Position numbers and translations under genes: made by a program | Notes under the pieces: generated by a model | Database searches by the model: none | Told to the model about the DNA's origin: nothing | Seen by the model: the letters and a program-made list of their open reading frames with translations, nothing else | Shown: positions 26,801-46,835 of the stretch, in pieces | Numbering within the stretch: position 1 is the stretch's first letter | Layout: each line of letters opens with the position of its first letter | Origin: Pseudomonadota bacterium | GTDB taxonomy: Bacteria > Myxococcota_A > Polyangia > Palsa-1104 > JAEUJZ01 | Reading direction: 5' to 3' | Length of the DNA: 50,851 nucleotides | Assembly: GCA_035437965.1 (NCBI GenBank) | Contig: DAOMZC010000001.1 | Span: 1 to 50,851 of the forward strand

Positions 26801-29800
26801 ACCGCGGTCTCCGGCGCCGCCTCCTGGCTCAGGTCGACCAGCGGAACCGCCAGCGTCAAAAAGGGAGCAATAAGCTGAAGCTGCCCGGCGCCGTCAATCG
26901 TCGTCCGCAGGGCTTCATGGCGATCGACCAGGGTCTGGACGGTCTGGCGCAGCGCGTCCAGCCGCAGCGGGCCGCGGAGCATCAGGTTCAGCGGCACGTG
27001 ATAGGCCAGCGAGCCGCCCGGGCTGAGCTGGGCCAGCGTCCACAGCTGCTTCTGCGCCTCGCTGAGCGGCGCTGTTCGCGGTCCTGATGCAGCGGCCGGC
27101 TGGGGAAAAAAATCGGCGCTCTGCAGGTCCCTTACGGTCTCTTTGACCACCTGGATGAAGCGGTCGATGTGCTCATCGGTGTGGGCAAACGAGATGAAGA
27201 ACGCGCGCCCTTCCCAGATATAGATGCCGCGATTCAGAAGGTGGTAGAAGAACAGATCGAGGTTCTGCGGCGAGGTGATGCGGAACGTGCCGCCGAGGTG
27301 TGTAATCTGCAGCGGTACGCCCTGCTCGACGAAGAACGCGCCGAGCTCGCGCGCCAGCCGGGCGGTCAGGGCATTTAGCCGATCGTACAGCGGCGCGCTC
27401 TGTTCCTTTATGAACGTCAGCACCGCGCGGGTGGCCGCCATGGTGAGCGGATTCTTGTTGAACGTCCCGGCAAAGATCGTCGTCTCGGCCTGCGGAAACG
27501 AGTCGTCGCCGTACTGCCAGTAGCCGCCGTCCAGACAGTCCATGAAGCGCGCCGTCCCGGTCACCGCGCCGATGGGCAGGCCGCCGCCGATCAGCTTGCC
27601 GTAGGTCGCGATGTCGACCTCGACCCCCAGCCAGGCGTGAGTCGGTCCGGGGTGGACGCGGAAGCCCATGAGGATCTCATCGGAGATGAGCGCCGCCCCG
27701 GCCTCCTGGGTAATCTTGCGGAGCTCGCGCAGAAACTCCGGCGCCTGGATGTGCGGGCGGCGGCTGTGCACCGGGGAGGTAATGACCGCCGCCAGCTCGT
27801 GGGCACGGGCGCGCAGGATCGAAAGCGAAGACGGCTCGGCGAACTCCAGGACCAGCATGTCGTCGACGGCGCTCTGCGGAACGCCCGGACACATCGGGAT
27901 GGCGGCGGGATCGGCGTTGCCGCTAGCGGCGATCGTGAGCACGCCGTCAAAGTGCCCGTTATAGTCCCCGGCGAACCGCGCTACCTTGGTGCGACCCGTG
28001 GCCGTGCGCGCCAGGCGGATGGCGGTGAGCACGGCCTCGGTTCCCGAGTTGCAGAACGCGGCGCGCTGCATGCCGGTGAGCTCGCACAGGAGCCGCGCCA
28101 CCTCGCCCGCCAGCGGCGACTGCGGCCCGATCTGAAAGGCGCTTGCGTCGAGCTGCTGGCGCAGGGCGTTGACGATAAAAGGCGCCTGATGGCCAAACAG
28201 GCTGACGCCAAAGCCCATGGTGAAATCGAGGTACTGGTTGCCATCGACGTCCCAGATCTCGGCCCCCTGCGAGCGGCTGCAGCAGATCGGATAGATCATC
28301 TCCTTGATGAGCGGCCGGAAGCCCGCGGCGGCGCGCGAGTCGGCCATCGTCGGGCGCGAGCTCTGGGCCAGCTGCTTGGACTTCGCAGTGCGGCGGTTCA
28401 GCTGCTCGATGAGCGCGTTCACATGGCTCTGCTGCCGCGGCGTCAGGGTCTCTTTGGCGCGTGACTGCAGCTTGGGCGATGGGTAGACCGGCGCGGTGGC
28501 GACGGTGCTGGGTGGCGGCTTATTGGGAGCCCGCCCGGGAACATTCGTTGGCGCGGCGGCCGGCAGCTGACCCAGCGCGGCGAGCTGCTGCGCCATCAGC
28601 TGCGACATCGCCTGCAGCTGCTGATTCACGATGCGCTCGATCGCGCTGGCGTCTGCGGGGGCTGGCGGCAGCGGCTGGGCCGGGATGCTGGGAACTGTCT
28701 GCGCAAGCGCGCCAGAGAGGCTCGGCCGCGGCAGGACCGCCGGCGCTTCACCGGGCATGACCGCGTGCTCCGCCGGCAGGTTGGCATCCAGATATCGGGT
28801 CAGCGCGGCTACCATGTTCAGCTCGTCAAAGAGCCGGCGCACGCCGATCTTCACGCGATACTGCTTCTCCAGCACCCGCACCACATCGGCCAGCTGAACC
28901 GAGTCGCCGCCCATCTCGACGAACGGCCGGTCCACGTCCACCTGCTCTTGGGACAGATATAGCTTCTTGGCAACCTGGGCGCAGACTTCCTGCTGCAGCT
29001 GGGGAAGGCGGGCGGCGGAATCCACCGCAGCTGGAGACTCCATGCAGGCTTCCTTTCGCGTCGCATCGGACGCCGGCTCCGCGGCGTGGAACCAGAATCG
29101 CTTGCGTTGAAACGGATAGTTGGGCAAAACGCAGCTGCCGGGGTGCGCGCGATGCTGCGGCTCGCCGCTTACGGACCGCGACTGGACGCCGCGCCAGTCC
29201 ACCTCGAGGCCGCGGGTGTAAAGCTCGCCCAGCGTCTCAAGCATGACCTGCCAGTCGTCCTGCGCCCTGACCAGCGACGGGAGCCAGGCCGGCTCAAGCT
29301 CCGCTGGGGCGTCGATACAGGCCGCCCCGAGCGAGGACAGAGTGGGGTGCGGGCCCACTTCAAGCATCACTCTGTAGCCAGCGCCGTACAGCGCGTCGAT
29401 GCTGGCCATGAACTGAACCGGGGCCCGGGTGTGCATCCGCCAGTAGCCGGCATCCAGCGGCTGCCCCTCCGGCAGGAGCTGCCCGGAGACGTTCGACATG
29501 ATCGGAATCCGCGGCGGCTGAAAAGACACCTTCTGCGCCAGCTGCTCGAACCGATCGAGCACCGGCTCCATGAGCGGCGAGTGCGCGGCAACCGAGATCG
29601 CCACCGGCCGCGTCTCGACCCCCGCCAGCCGCGCGACGATCTGCTGCACCGCCTGCCGCTGGCCCGAGATCACCACGCTGTCGGGTGAGTTTATGGCCGC
29701 GATGCTGACCGCTTTTTCCGCCCCGGCGATGGCGCTGGCGACAGCCGCCTGTCCAGCGCGCACCGCAACCATGGCGCCATCCGCGGTCGCCGCCATGAGC

Positions 29801-31855
29801 CGGCCGCGGGCCGTGATCAGCCTGAAGCCGTCTTCAAGAGTAAACACGCCCGCCACGTAGGCAGCTATGTACTCGCCCAGGCTGTGGCCCATGACCACCG
29901 CGGGCTCGATACCCCAGGACTTCCAGACCTCGGCCAGCGCGCACCCGAGCGCGTACATGGTGGGCTGCGTATACGCAATCTGGTCGATGACCTGCGCGGT
30001 ATCCGGCGTACTTGCTGGCTCGCTCTTGGGGTACAGCACCGCGAGCAGGCTCTCGCCAAACTCGGCCTGCATGGTGGCGTCGCACCGGTCGAGCACCTGC
30101 CGGAAGACGGGCTGCGTCTCATACAGCCGCCGGCCCATGTTGACGTACTGGGCGCCACCACCGGTAAATATGAAGGCGACCAGAGGCCGCCTGCCGCTCG
30201 CCGCACCGCCGGTCGGCGTATCCGGTGGCTGGCTCGCCGCCAGCTCCGCCAGCTCCGCCTGCGCCCGGGCTTTGTCCGCCGCCACCACTGCGAGCCGCTT
30301 GGGAAAGTGCGATCTTCCGGTGCCGGCCGTGTAACAGATGTCGGCCCACGTCGCGTGGGTCTGCCCAAGATACTCGGCGTAACGCGCGACCAGGGCGGCC
30401 AGGGCCGCGTCGCTCTTGGCGCTCATCGGGAGCAGCTGCAGCGACCCTTCCACCGCCCCCGAATCGGCAGCTGCCGCCTCGATCCCTGCCGATTTTTCCG
30501 GCGGCGCTTCCAGCACCAGGTGGGCGTTGGTACCGCTTACTCCGAACGAGCTTACGCCGGCAATGCGCGTCGCCGTGGGCCAGGGAACCGGCAGAGTTGG
30601 AACCGCCAGCGGCAGCTTGGCCCACTGGATGTGCGGACTGGGGTTGCGGAAGTGCAGGTTCGGCGGGATCTCGCCATGCTGGATGGCCAGCACCACCTTG
30701 ATCACGCCCGCGATGCCGGCGGCGGCTTCCGTATGACCGATGTTGGTCTTTATGGCCCCGAGCAGGAGCGGTGCGGTCCGCTCCTTGCCGAACACCGCTC
30801 CCAGCGCGTTTACTTCAATCGGGTCACCGAGCGCGGTTCCGGTGCCGTGGGTCTCGACGAAGCTCACCTCGCTCGGCGTGACGCCGCCATTTTGCAGGGC
30901 ATGGCGGATCGTGGCCTGCTGGGCCGGGCCGCTCGGGACCGTAAGGCCGCTCGTCCTGCCGTCATGGTTGACGGCGGAGCCGCGGATGACCGCCAGGATG
31001 TCGTCGCCGTCGCGCTGCGCATCGCGCAGGCGCTTGAGGATGATGACGCCGCAGCCCTCGCTGCGCACATAGCCATCGGCCGCCGCGTCGAACGTCTTGC
31101 AGCGACCATCCGGAGCCAGCGCTTCCGCCTGCGAGAAGCTGATCGCCGAGTCGGGCATCACGATGCGGTTGACGCCCCCCGCAAGCGCCGCCTCACACTC
31201 GCCATTACGCAAGCTGGCCACCGCCAGATGGACCGCTACGAGTGAAGACGAGCAGGCCGTATCGAGCGCAATATTGGGCCCCTGCCAGCCATAGAAATAG
31301 GACAGCCGCCCGCTGGCCGAGGCAAAGGAGCTGCCGGTGCCGGCGTAGAAATCGAGCGCCGCGCCAGCGCTCTTGAGCTTCTGATAATAGTCCCCCCAGG
31401 CAATGCCGATAAAGACGCCTGTCTGCCTGGGCAGTAGCTCCGGCGGCCGCCGGGCGTTTTCCAGCGCTTCCCAGCTCACTTCCAGCAGCAGCCGCTGCTG
31501 CGGGTCGAGCACGTTGGCTTCGCGCTGCGAGATCCCAAAGAAGTCGGCATCGAAGCCGTCCAGGTGATCGACGAAACCGCCGTGGCGGGCGTACGTCTTG
31601 CCCGGGGTGCGCGGCTGCGGATCATAGTAGTCCTCCAGGCGCCAGCGGTCCGGGGGGACTTCGGTGATGGCGTCAAGACCCTGGCGCAGCGACTGCCACA
31701 GCTCGGCGGGTCCGGCCCCGCCGGGGAAGCGGCAGCCAAGGCCGATGATGGCAATCGGCTCCTTCTGGGCCAGGCGCTGCGCGGCGACTTCGGCCTCGAG
31801 CGCCTTGATCTTCTTGTAGGACTCCTTGACGAGTCTCTCGTACACCGCGGTCTTG

Positions 31856-31863
<8 letters not shown>
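23875..31863 (-). CDS. Hybrid PKS/aminotransferase/NRPS: KS-AT-ACP-AMT-C-A-T (Pro-like code)
   Basis: The longest ORF starts at 31914. The ATG at 31863 (MSDKTAVYERL..., a coiled-coil docking helix) is preferred because it overlaps the upstream stop as ATGAGTGA and has GGAG 12 nt upstream. KS (DTACSSS, ETHGTGT, NIGHTEAAAG; about 30490..31761). AT (GHSLGE, VAAH; about 29275..30183). ACP (EMGGDSVQLA; about 28780..29022). AMT (about 27115..28332). C (HHIVGDGWS; about 25780..27081). A (VYVIYTSGSTGVPKGV, NHYGPTE, YKTGD, SGKVDR; about 24190..25722). T (FFDLGGHSLLLTQI; about 23935..24141). Code DVQFIAHLAK. Confidence 0.92.
27115..28332 (-). other. Class-III PLP-dependent aminotransferase domain embedded between the ACP and the C domain
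   Basis: FCNSGTEAVLTAIRLAR, LISDEILMGFRV and ATYGKLIGGGLPIGA (HemL-like PLP-lysine motif). It is preceded by a Gln/Ala-rich helical linker (IERIVNQQLQAMSQLMAQQLAAL). The placement matches that in MycA/ItuA/McyE-type beta-amino-forming modules. Confidence 0.85.
29581..29592 (-). other. AT3 substrate-motif position reading VAAH, not HAFH or YASH
   Basis: The minus-strand codons gtt gcc gcg cac give AISVAAHSPLMEP. The two upstream ATs read SHAFHSPLMEP at the same position. Confidence 0.8.
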
Positions 31864-39600
<7,737 letters not shown>

Positions 39601-39604
<4 letters not shown>

Positions 39605-42600
39605 ACGGAGTCGCTCTGTAGTAGGGCTTCCAGCTCGGCGAGCTCCGCGGCCAGCGAGGCGTCGACCTCGGCCGCGGAGAGTCTACCTACTTCGGCGGCC
39701 AGACCGCCGGGGGTCGCGGCTCCTGCCGGGACCTGGACGGTCGGCTGCCGGGCTGGCGGCGGCAGGTGGAGCACGTCGCTCGCCAGGTAGGTGATGAGCG
39801 CGTCGAGCCGGGGATACTTGAAGGTCAGGGTCGCCGGCAGCCGACACGCCAGACTCACTTGCAAGCGGTTGCGGAGCTCCATCGCCAGCAGGGAGTCGAG
39901 CCCCATATCCGTGAAGCCGCTCTGCCAGTCGGTGAGCTCGGGCTCGGCGATCCGCAGCACGGAGGCCAGCTGCTGCTGAACGTGGGCGGTGAGCCGCTGA
40001 TGCTGCAGCGGGCCGGCAGTGGCGGCGAGCTGCTCGCGGAAGCTGCGCTCCTCTTGGGCGGCCGACACGGCCTGCGGCTCGTTGGCGCTCGCCAGGGTGG
40101 CGAAGAACAGGCGATGGCGGGAATCAATCAGGCTGGCCAGAAAGGCGGGCCAGTGGATGGGAATCACCCCCGCCTGCACGCAGCCGCTCTGCATCAGTGC
40201 GGCCAGCGCCGCCAGTGCCGCAGCGGGCTCCATCTGGGTGATGCCGGCGGACTTCCACTGGCCGACGCGCTGGCTGTCGACCGCCGCCGCCATGCCCAGC
40301 TGGCGCCATGGACCCCAGTCGATGCTGAGCGCCGGCAACCCCTGCTGCCGACGGAAGTGGGCGAGTCCATCGAGAAAACTATTGGCGGCAATGTAGTTGC
40401 TCAGGCCGCGATCGCCGAGCAGCGCCGCCCCCGCTGAATACAGCACGAAGAAGTCGAGCGGCAGCGTGCCCGTCAAGCAGTGCAGGTTCCACGCGCCCCG
40501 CACTTTCGGTCTGAAGGCGTTCGTGAACGAGTCCCAGTCGTGGTTCTGGATCAGGCGATCGGCGAACGTTCCGGCGGCGTGGATGATCCCGCGCAGCGGC
40601 GGCATGGACGCTTGGATGTCAGCCAGAATCCGGGCGAGCTGCGCCGGCTCGGCAACATCGGCCTGGGCAGTCACCAGCTGCGCCCCGGCAGCCTCCAGCT
40701 CCCCGAGGGCGGCCCGCGTCGCCGCGTCCGCGGCCCGGCGCCCGACCAGCACGAGGTGGCGCGCGCCCCGGGCCACCAGCCACTGCGCCGTCGCGAGGCC
40801 CAGACCGCCCAGACCGCCGGTAATCAGGTAGGTGCTGCTGTCCCGAATCGGCAGGGGCCTCTGCGCGGTGGGCGCCGTACGCTGAAGGCGCGCTACGTAG
40901 CGCTGTCCGTTCCTGAATAAGAGCTGACTCTCTGCCGCGGGCTGCAGGACTTCTTCCACCAGGCCCGCTGCCGCATCCGCCGCACCCGGCTGCAGATCGA
41001 TCAGCGTGCAGCGGAGCTCTGGATGTTCGAGCGCGATGCTGCGACCAAGCCCCCACAGCGGCCCCGCGGCGAGCGGCCCGGGGTCGGCGTTCAGCGTCTG
41101 CTCCGCGGGAAGCACGTGGCCGCCATAGGTGACGAGCCAGAGCGGCGGTGGCGCAGCAAGGTTCAGCAGCGCCTGCGTCAGGTGCAGCGCGCTCCGGCTG
41201 CCGACGGCAATCGCCTGGTCCAGCTCGTCCGCGGTCATCGCCGCGGTGACCGGCGCCGCCCACTCATGCACGACGCCGGCGAGCGGTCCCTCTTCGCTGA
41301 GCAGGCGCTGGAAGTCGGCCGCGCTGTCCGTCATGCAGACTGCGCCCGCGCCATCGCGCGCGTAGGCGCTCCCGCGATAAACCAGGGTACAGCGTTCCCC
41401 CCGACTGCGTAGCTCTGCCCCGAGCGTCTCGCCGGCCCTGCCCGCACTGGTAAACAGCAGCCAGCGTCTCCCTGCCGGCTGCTGGCCTGCGCTGGGCGCT
41501 GCTGCATCGCGCGCTGCGGCAGGCGCCTGGGCGATGACTACCGCAGCAGACTCACTGCCCGCTTCGCCGTCCGCCGCAACCTCCATTGCCGCTGCAAAGC
41601 CCTGCGCGGTCAGGAGGTCGCACCACTTTTGCGCGCTGAGCAGCGGATAGTCAGGGCGCAAGTCGGCATCGGCAAACCGCCACCAGCCCTCGGTGAGCCC
41701 GAACACCAGATCGATCCACGGCTGGCGGCTGGTGACCTCCACCAGGATGACGAGGCCGCCGGGCGCGAGCAGGCTCTGTACGTTGGCCAGCGTCGTCCGC
41801 AGGTCCTGCGTCGCGTGCAGTACGTTGGCGGCAATCACCACATCGTACTGCTGGCCAGCAAAGCCTTGCGTCGCTGGGGCCTTTTCGATATCGAGGCTCT
41901 TATATTGGATAAATGGATAATCTTTTAGCTGCTCGGCGGCGCGCAGGAGGAAGGCCGATCCTATATCGGTAAATACATATTGAGTGCGCTCGGCGGCAAG
42001 GTACGGCAAGAGGTACGTGGTCATCCCGCCGGTGCCCGCGCCCACTTCCAGAATGCGCAGGCCCTGGCGGGCCGGGAGCTGCGCCTGGATGGCCGCCAGC
42101 ACCTGCTGCGCCAGCGTGTGGACACGGCGTATGATCTGCGACTCCCGGTAGACTCGCATCGCCATCTTCAGATCGCCGCCGGGAAACAGCAGCTCCAAGG
42201 GATCGAGCTGACCGCTTAGGACCTGGGCCAGGTTCGCTCCGCAGCGGGTGAGCAGCGCCAGCTCGGCACCGACGAGCGCGTCTTGTCCTGCTGATTCGCC
42301 TTGCAGGCGCTGTAGCTCACTTGCCGCGGCCGCGTCGAGCCGCCATCCGTCTCCCTCCTTCCGGACGAGGCCGGCCGCGTCCAGGATGTGCAGCAGGCGC
42401 ACAAAGAGCCGCGCGTGAACGTGGCTGATCCGCAGCTTGGTAATTAGCTGGTCGGCTGTCAGTCGCTGCCCGGGGAGCCAGCCGAGCTGCGTCAGCGCCG
42501 CATGAATGTACGCCACCGCGAGCCGATCCAGATACGCGTAGGCAGCGCGCTGCGCCGGCTGCGAAATCGCCGCCCCATCACCCTCCGCCACCCGCTTGCC

Positions 42601-45600
42601 CTGGCGCAGCGCTTCGTCACGCACCGCTGGCAGAAGCTCTGCGGCGCCGAAGGTCTGGTTGCCGGACGCGCCGAAGCGAGCGGCGGGCAGCCACTGCAGG
42701 GCATAGAGCCAGTTCTTCCACTCTGCCTCGCCGAGCAGCGCGGCCCGCTCGACTTGCTGCATCGTCACGCCGGTAAGCGTGGCCAGCGCCTTTCCGCCCG
42801 GGCCCTGGATATGCAAGTCCGCGGTGCGCCTTGCGGCTCCCGCTTCGGCATCGGCGGAGTGAACTTCAAGGGTGAACCACAGCTCGCGCGCGGGGCGAGC
42901 GTACAGTCGCAGCGCGTCGACGCCGACTTGAACATAGGGCCGGCTGGCGTCATCTTCGACCAGCACGGGCAGAAGCTCCAGACAGGCGGTCAAGATCTGG
43001 GGATGCAGGTGGTAGCTGGCCGGCGTCAGCAGCTCATCTGGTACGTGAAATCGGCCGCGCAGGGAGCTGTCTTTTCGCCAGAGCTCCTCCAGGCGCGGCC
43101 TGGGCACCGCGCTTCCGGCCAGGGCTTGTTCGCGCGCGCTGCGCACCGCATCGAGCGCGGTCCAGCCGCTCGCTTCCTGACTCGGCCCGGGGTGGCTGCT
43201 GTTCGCGCTCGGCTCGAGCGGGGAGCTCGGCTCGCTACGCTTTATTACGCCCGTCGCGTTCAAAGCCCACGCAAGCGCATCCTGCTGCCCAGTCGCTCCC
43301 GCGCCGCCCATCTCGGCGTCCTGCGCGGGCAAGCTGTAGACCTGAAACTCGAGCTGGCTGCCCACTGGAGTCACGATGCACTGCAGCGTGAGCGGCTGGT
43401 CCGCCGCCAGAAGCAGGGCCTTGTGCAGGCGGACGGCTGCCAGCTCGACCAGCTCGCCACCGACGGCAAGCTGGCCCGCAGCCAGGCCCATCTCGTAGTA
43501 CCCGCTGGCGGGAAAGACCGAGCTGCCGCCGAGCTGGTGGTGCGCCAGATAGGCGGGGTCGGTGGCGCTGACTTGCGTCTCGAACTGGATGGCGCGCAGC
43601 GGTGAAGGCAGCCGCTGACCGAGCAGGGGATGGACGCTGGCGGCGGCTCGGCCGGACCGTACGGCGCCGCTTTCCGGAGTGGCGGAGGCCGCTGGCGCCC
43701 TGTGATAGCGCGTGCGCTGGAACGGATAGGTAGGCAGGCGGACCCGCCGGTGCTGCTCACCTGCGGCGACCTTCTTCCAGTTGATCTGGGCGCCGCGTAC
43801 ATAGAGCTCGCCAAGGCTCCTCAGGATGACTTGCCGGTCCGCGGCTCCGGCGCGCAAGCTGGGCAGCAGCGCGTGACCGGAAGCGCCGTCGGCTTCCAGG
43901 CTGGACCTTGCCAGGCCGAGCAGGACCGGACTCGGACCCACTTCGACAAGCACGCTGTGGCCGTCTGCCTGCAGCGTCTGAACGCCCGCCGAAAAGCGCA
44001 CCGGCTGCCGGACCTGGTGCACCCAATATTCAGCCGTCGCAACGGCGCTTTTGGCCCGCTCTCCAGTTACCGTAGACACCAAGGCGAGCCGCGGCGGCGC
44101 AAAGGCAAGGGTCCTGGCCAGCGCCGCATACTCACCCAGCATCGGCTCCATGAGCGGAGAGTGAAAGGCGTGCGAGACCTCAAGCTCTCGGGTCTGAATC
44201 GCCTGCGCCGCAAGCGCCTTCATCACCGCTTGCACCGCCGACCGCGCACCGGAGATGGTCAGGTGCTGCGGGCCGTTATATCCGGCGATGGCGACCGTGT
44301 CTTCATACGGCGCCAGTGCGGCGCGCACCGCGTCTTCACCGGCCCAGACGGCAGCCATCATTCCGGTCTGCGGCAGCGCCTGCATCAGACGCCCGCGCGC
44401 CGCGACGAGCTTGAGGGCATCTTCAAGCGTGAAGACCCCCGCCACGCAGGCGGCCACCAGCTCACCGACGCTGTGCCCCATCACCACGTCCGGGAGGACT
44501 CCCCACGATTCCCACAGGCGGGTCAGCGCATACTCCACCGCGAACAGCGCTGGCTGGGTATAGACAGTCTGCGCCAAGGTGGCGCGGGCCCCGGCGGCTC
44601 GCTGCTCATCGGGATAGAGCACTTCGAGCAGCGGCGCTTCCAGGTGCGTTCGCAAGAGCGCATCGCAGCGATCGAGCGCCGTCCGGAACACCGGCTCGGA
44701 CTCGTAGAGTGCCCTCCCCATGTTGACGGACTGGGCGCCCTGGCCGGTATACAGAAACACTACGCGCGGTCGCTGACCCGGCGCGGGCTGGCCGGTCCGC
44801 AGCGGCTCCGCGGCAGCCTGCGGCAGCTGCGCTAGCGCATCCTCGGCCGTCTCTGCGACAAGGGCCAGCCGGCACTCAAAGTGAGCTCTCCGGGTGCTGG
44901 CGGTGTAACAGACATCGGCCAGAGCCTGGTCCGGATGGCGGCGCAGGTGGTCGTGATAGCGCTGGGCCAGCTCCTGCAGCGCCGCCGGTGTCTTGGCCGA
45001 GAGCACCAGCAGCTCGTGCGAGCGGCGCTCTTTCTTCTCTGCAGCTTGCTCGGATGCGGCCGGGCGCGGACCGGGTGGCGCCTCTTCCAGAACCACATGC
45101 GCGTTGGTCCCGCCGATGCCCAGCGAGTTTACGGCCGCGCGCCGCGGGAATGCCGCCGCTGGCCAGTGCCGCAGGGCGGTGTTCACATAAAAAGCGCTGC
45201 TGGCAAAGTCGATGCGCGGATTGGGCGTCTGAAAGTGCAGGCTCGGATAGATCTGCTGGTGCTTGAGCGACAGCACCGCCTTGATAAGGCCGATCACCCC
45301 GGCGGCCGACTCTGTATGGCCGATGTTGCTCTTGACCGAGCCGATGGCGCAGACCTGCTCTGCGCCCATCCGATAGGCTTTATTAAGGGCGAACATCTCC
45401 ACCGGATCGCCAAGCTCGGTGGCGGTTCCGTGCGCTTCGACGTACCTGATCGTATCCGGCGGGACTTCCGCCACCGCCAGCGCCGCCGCCATCGCATCGA
45501 TCTGACCGTCGGCGCTGGTGGCCCAGAAGCTGATCTTGTCGCCGCCGTCATTGCTGATCGCCGAGCCGCGAATCACGGCGTCGATCTCGTCGCCATCGGC

Positions 45601-46395
45601 AAGCGCGGCGGCCAGCGGCTTCAAAAGGACGACCCCCACGCCGCTGCCAAACAGAGTCCCTTGACCCCGGGCGTCAAAGGCGCGGCAGTGCCCATCGGGC
45701 GAGTACATCTCACCCTCCTGGTACAGATAGCCCACGGCGTGCGGAAATCGGATCGAGGCGCCGCCCGCCAGCGCCAGGTCGCACTCACCGCTGAGCAGGC
45801 TCTGACAGGCCAGGTGGACGGCGACCAGCGACGTAGAGCAGGCAGTCTGGACGGTCAGGCTCGGCCCGCGCAGGTTCAGCTTGTAGGAGACGCGGGTCGC
45901 TATATAGTCCTTGTCATTGTTCACCGCCACCCGGGTCTCGGGCGGGGCGTTGTTGGCGCCTGTATGCACGTTGGCCAGCAGATAGCTGGCGGTCACCGGC
46001 CCGGCGCCCGCGAACACGCCGATGGCGCGCCGGCGTCCGGTAGCCTCGGTCTCATCGGCATAGCCCGCGGCCTCCAGGGCTTCCCAAGCACACTCCAGAA
46101 AGAGCCGGTGCTGAGGATCCAGGATCTCGGCATCGCGCGCTGAATACCTGAAAAACTGCGCATCGAAGCCGTCCACGTCGGCGAGCGGCGCGGCAGCCCG
46201 GACATACTGGGGATCTTGCAAGAGCTGCGCAGCGACCCCCCGCTGCCGCAGCTCCGCATCGGTCAGAGACGTAATCGACTCTACCCCGTCGGCCAGGTTC
46301 TGGCGGAACTCATCGACGCTGCGAGCGCCCGGAAATCGCCCGGCCATCGCGATTACGGCGATCGCCGAAGGATGGTCCAAGACCTCCGAGCCCAT
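39601..46395 (-). CDS. PKS module KS-AT-DH(degenerate)-cMT-KR-ACP
   Basis: 2264 aa. KS (QTACSTS, EAHGTAT, NIGHTESAAG; about 45076..46368). AT (GHSVGE, HAFH; about 43816..44769). DH-like region (HPLLGQRLPSP present, YGP motif absent, HPQILTACLE where HPxLLDxxxQ is expected; about 42751..43644). cMT (ILEVGAGTGG; about 41536..42273). KR (YLITGGLGGLG, SNYIAAN; about 40276..41478). ACP (DMGLDSLLAMEL; about 39781..40023). Helical C-terminal docking tail. Confidence 0.93.
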
Positions 46396-46397
46396 CG

Positions 46398-46763
46398 CTA
46401 CTCGGCCTTATCTCGGGCGCGCTTGCGCAGGTCACGCTGGTGTTCACGGCTGCTGGCGCCGCGCGGGGAGCTCGGCGCGGGGGAGTCGTCAGCCGCCGGG
46501 GCCTGCTCGGCGGGGAGGAAGCACTTTTCATAGGCCCGGCACAGATCGTCCACGGTGCGGATGCTGGTTACCGGCACCAGGTTGGCAAATGGATCCGCGT
46601 CCAGCTCGATCTCGATGATCGCGACGATGCGCGCCAGATCAAGCGACTTGAAGCCGATGTCTTCGACCAGGGTGTGGTGCGCGACGATGCGGTCGGCGGG
46701 GATCGATCTTTCTTGCGCGACGCGCTGGAGGGCGGCGAACACCGCCTGGGCTACATGTTTCAT
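46398..46763 (-). CDS. Free-standing acyl carrier protein with a charged C-terminal tail
   Basis: 121 aa. Carrier-protein serine motif EDIGFKSLDLARIV. A roughly 40-aa Pro/Ala/Arg/Asp-rich tail. The stop is 2 nt from the ATG of the first PKS gene. Confidence 0.8.
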   Translation of the reverse strand: MKHVAQAVFAALQRVAQERSIPADRIVAHHTLVEDIGFKSLDLARIVAIIEIELDADPFANLVPVTSIRTVDDLCRAYEKCFLPAEQAPAADDSPAPSSPRGASSREHQRDLRKRARDKAE

Positions 46764-46835
46764 GGGAACTCCCTCAATTCTACGTATCTGGGGGGATTCT
46801 GCGGCCGGCCTGGATGCGCCCTTACCCGGGGTTTC

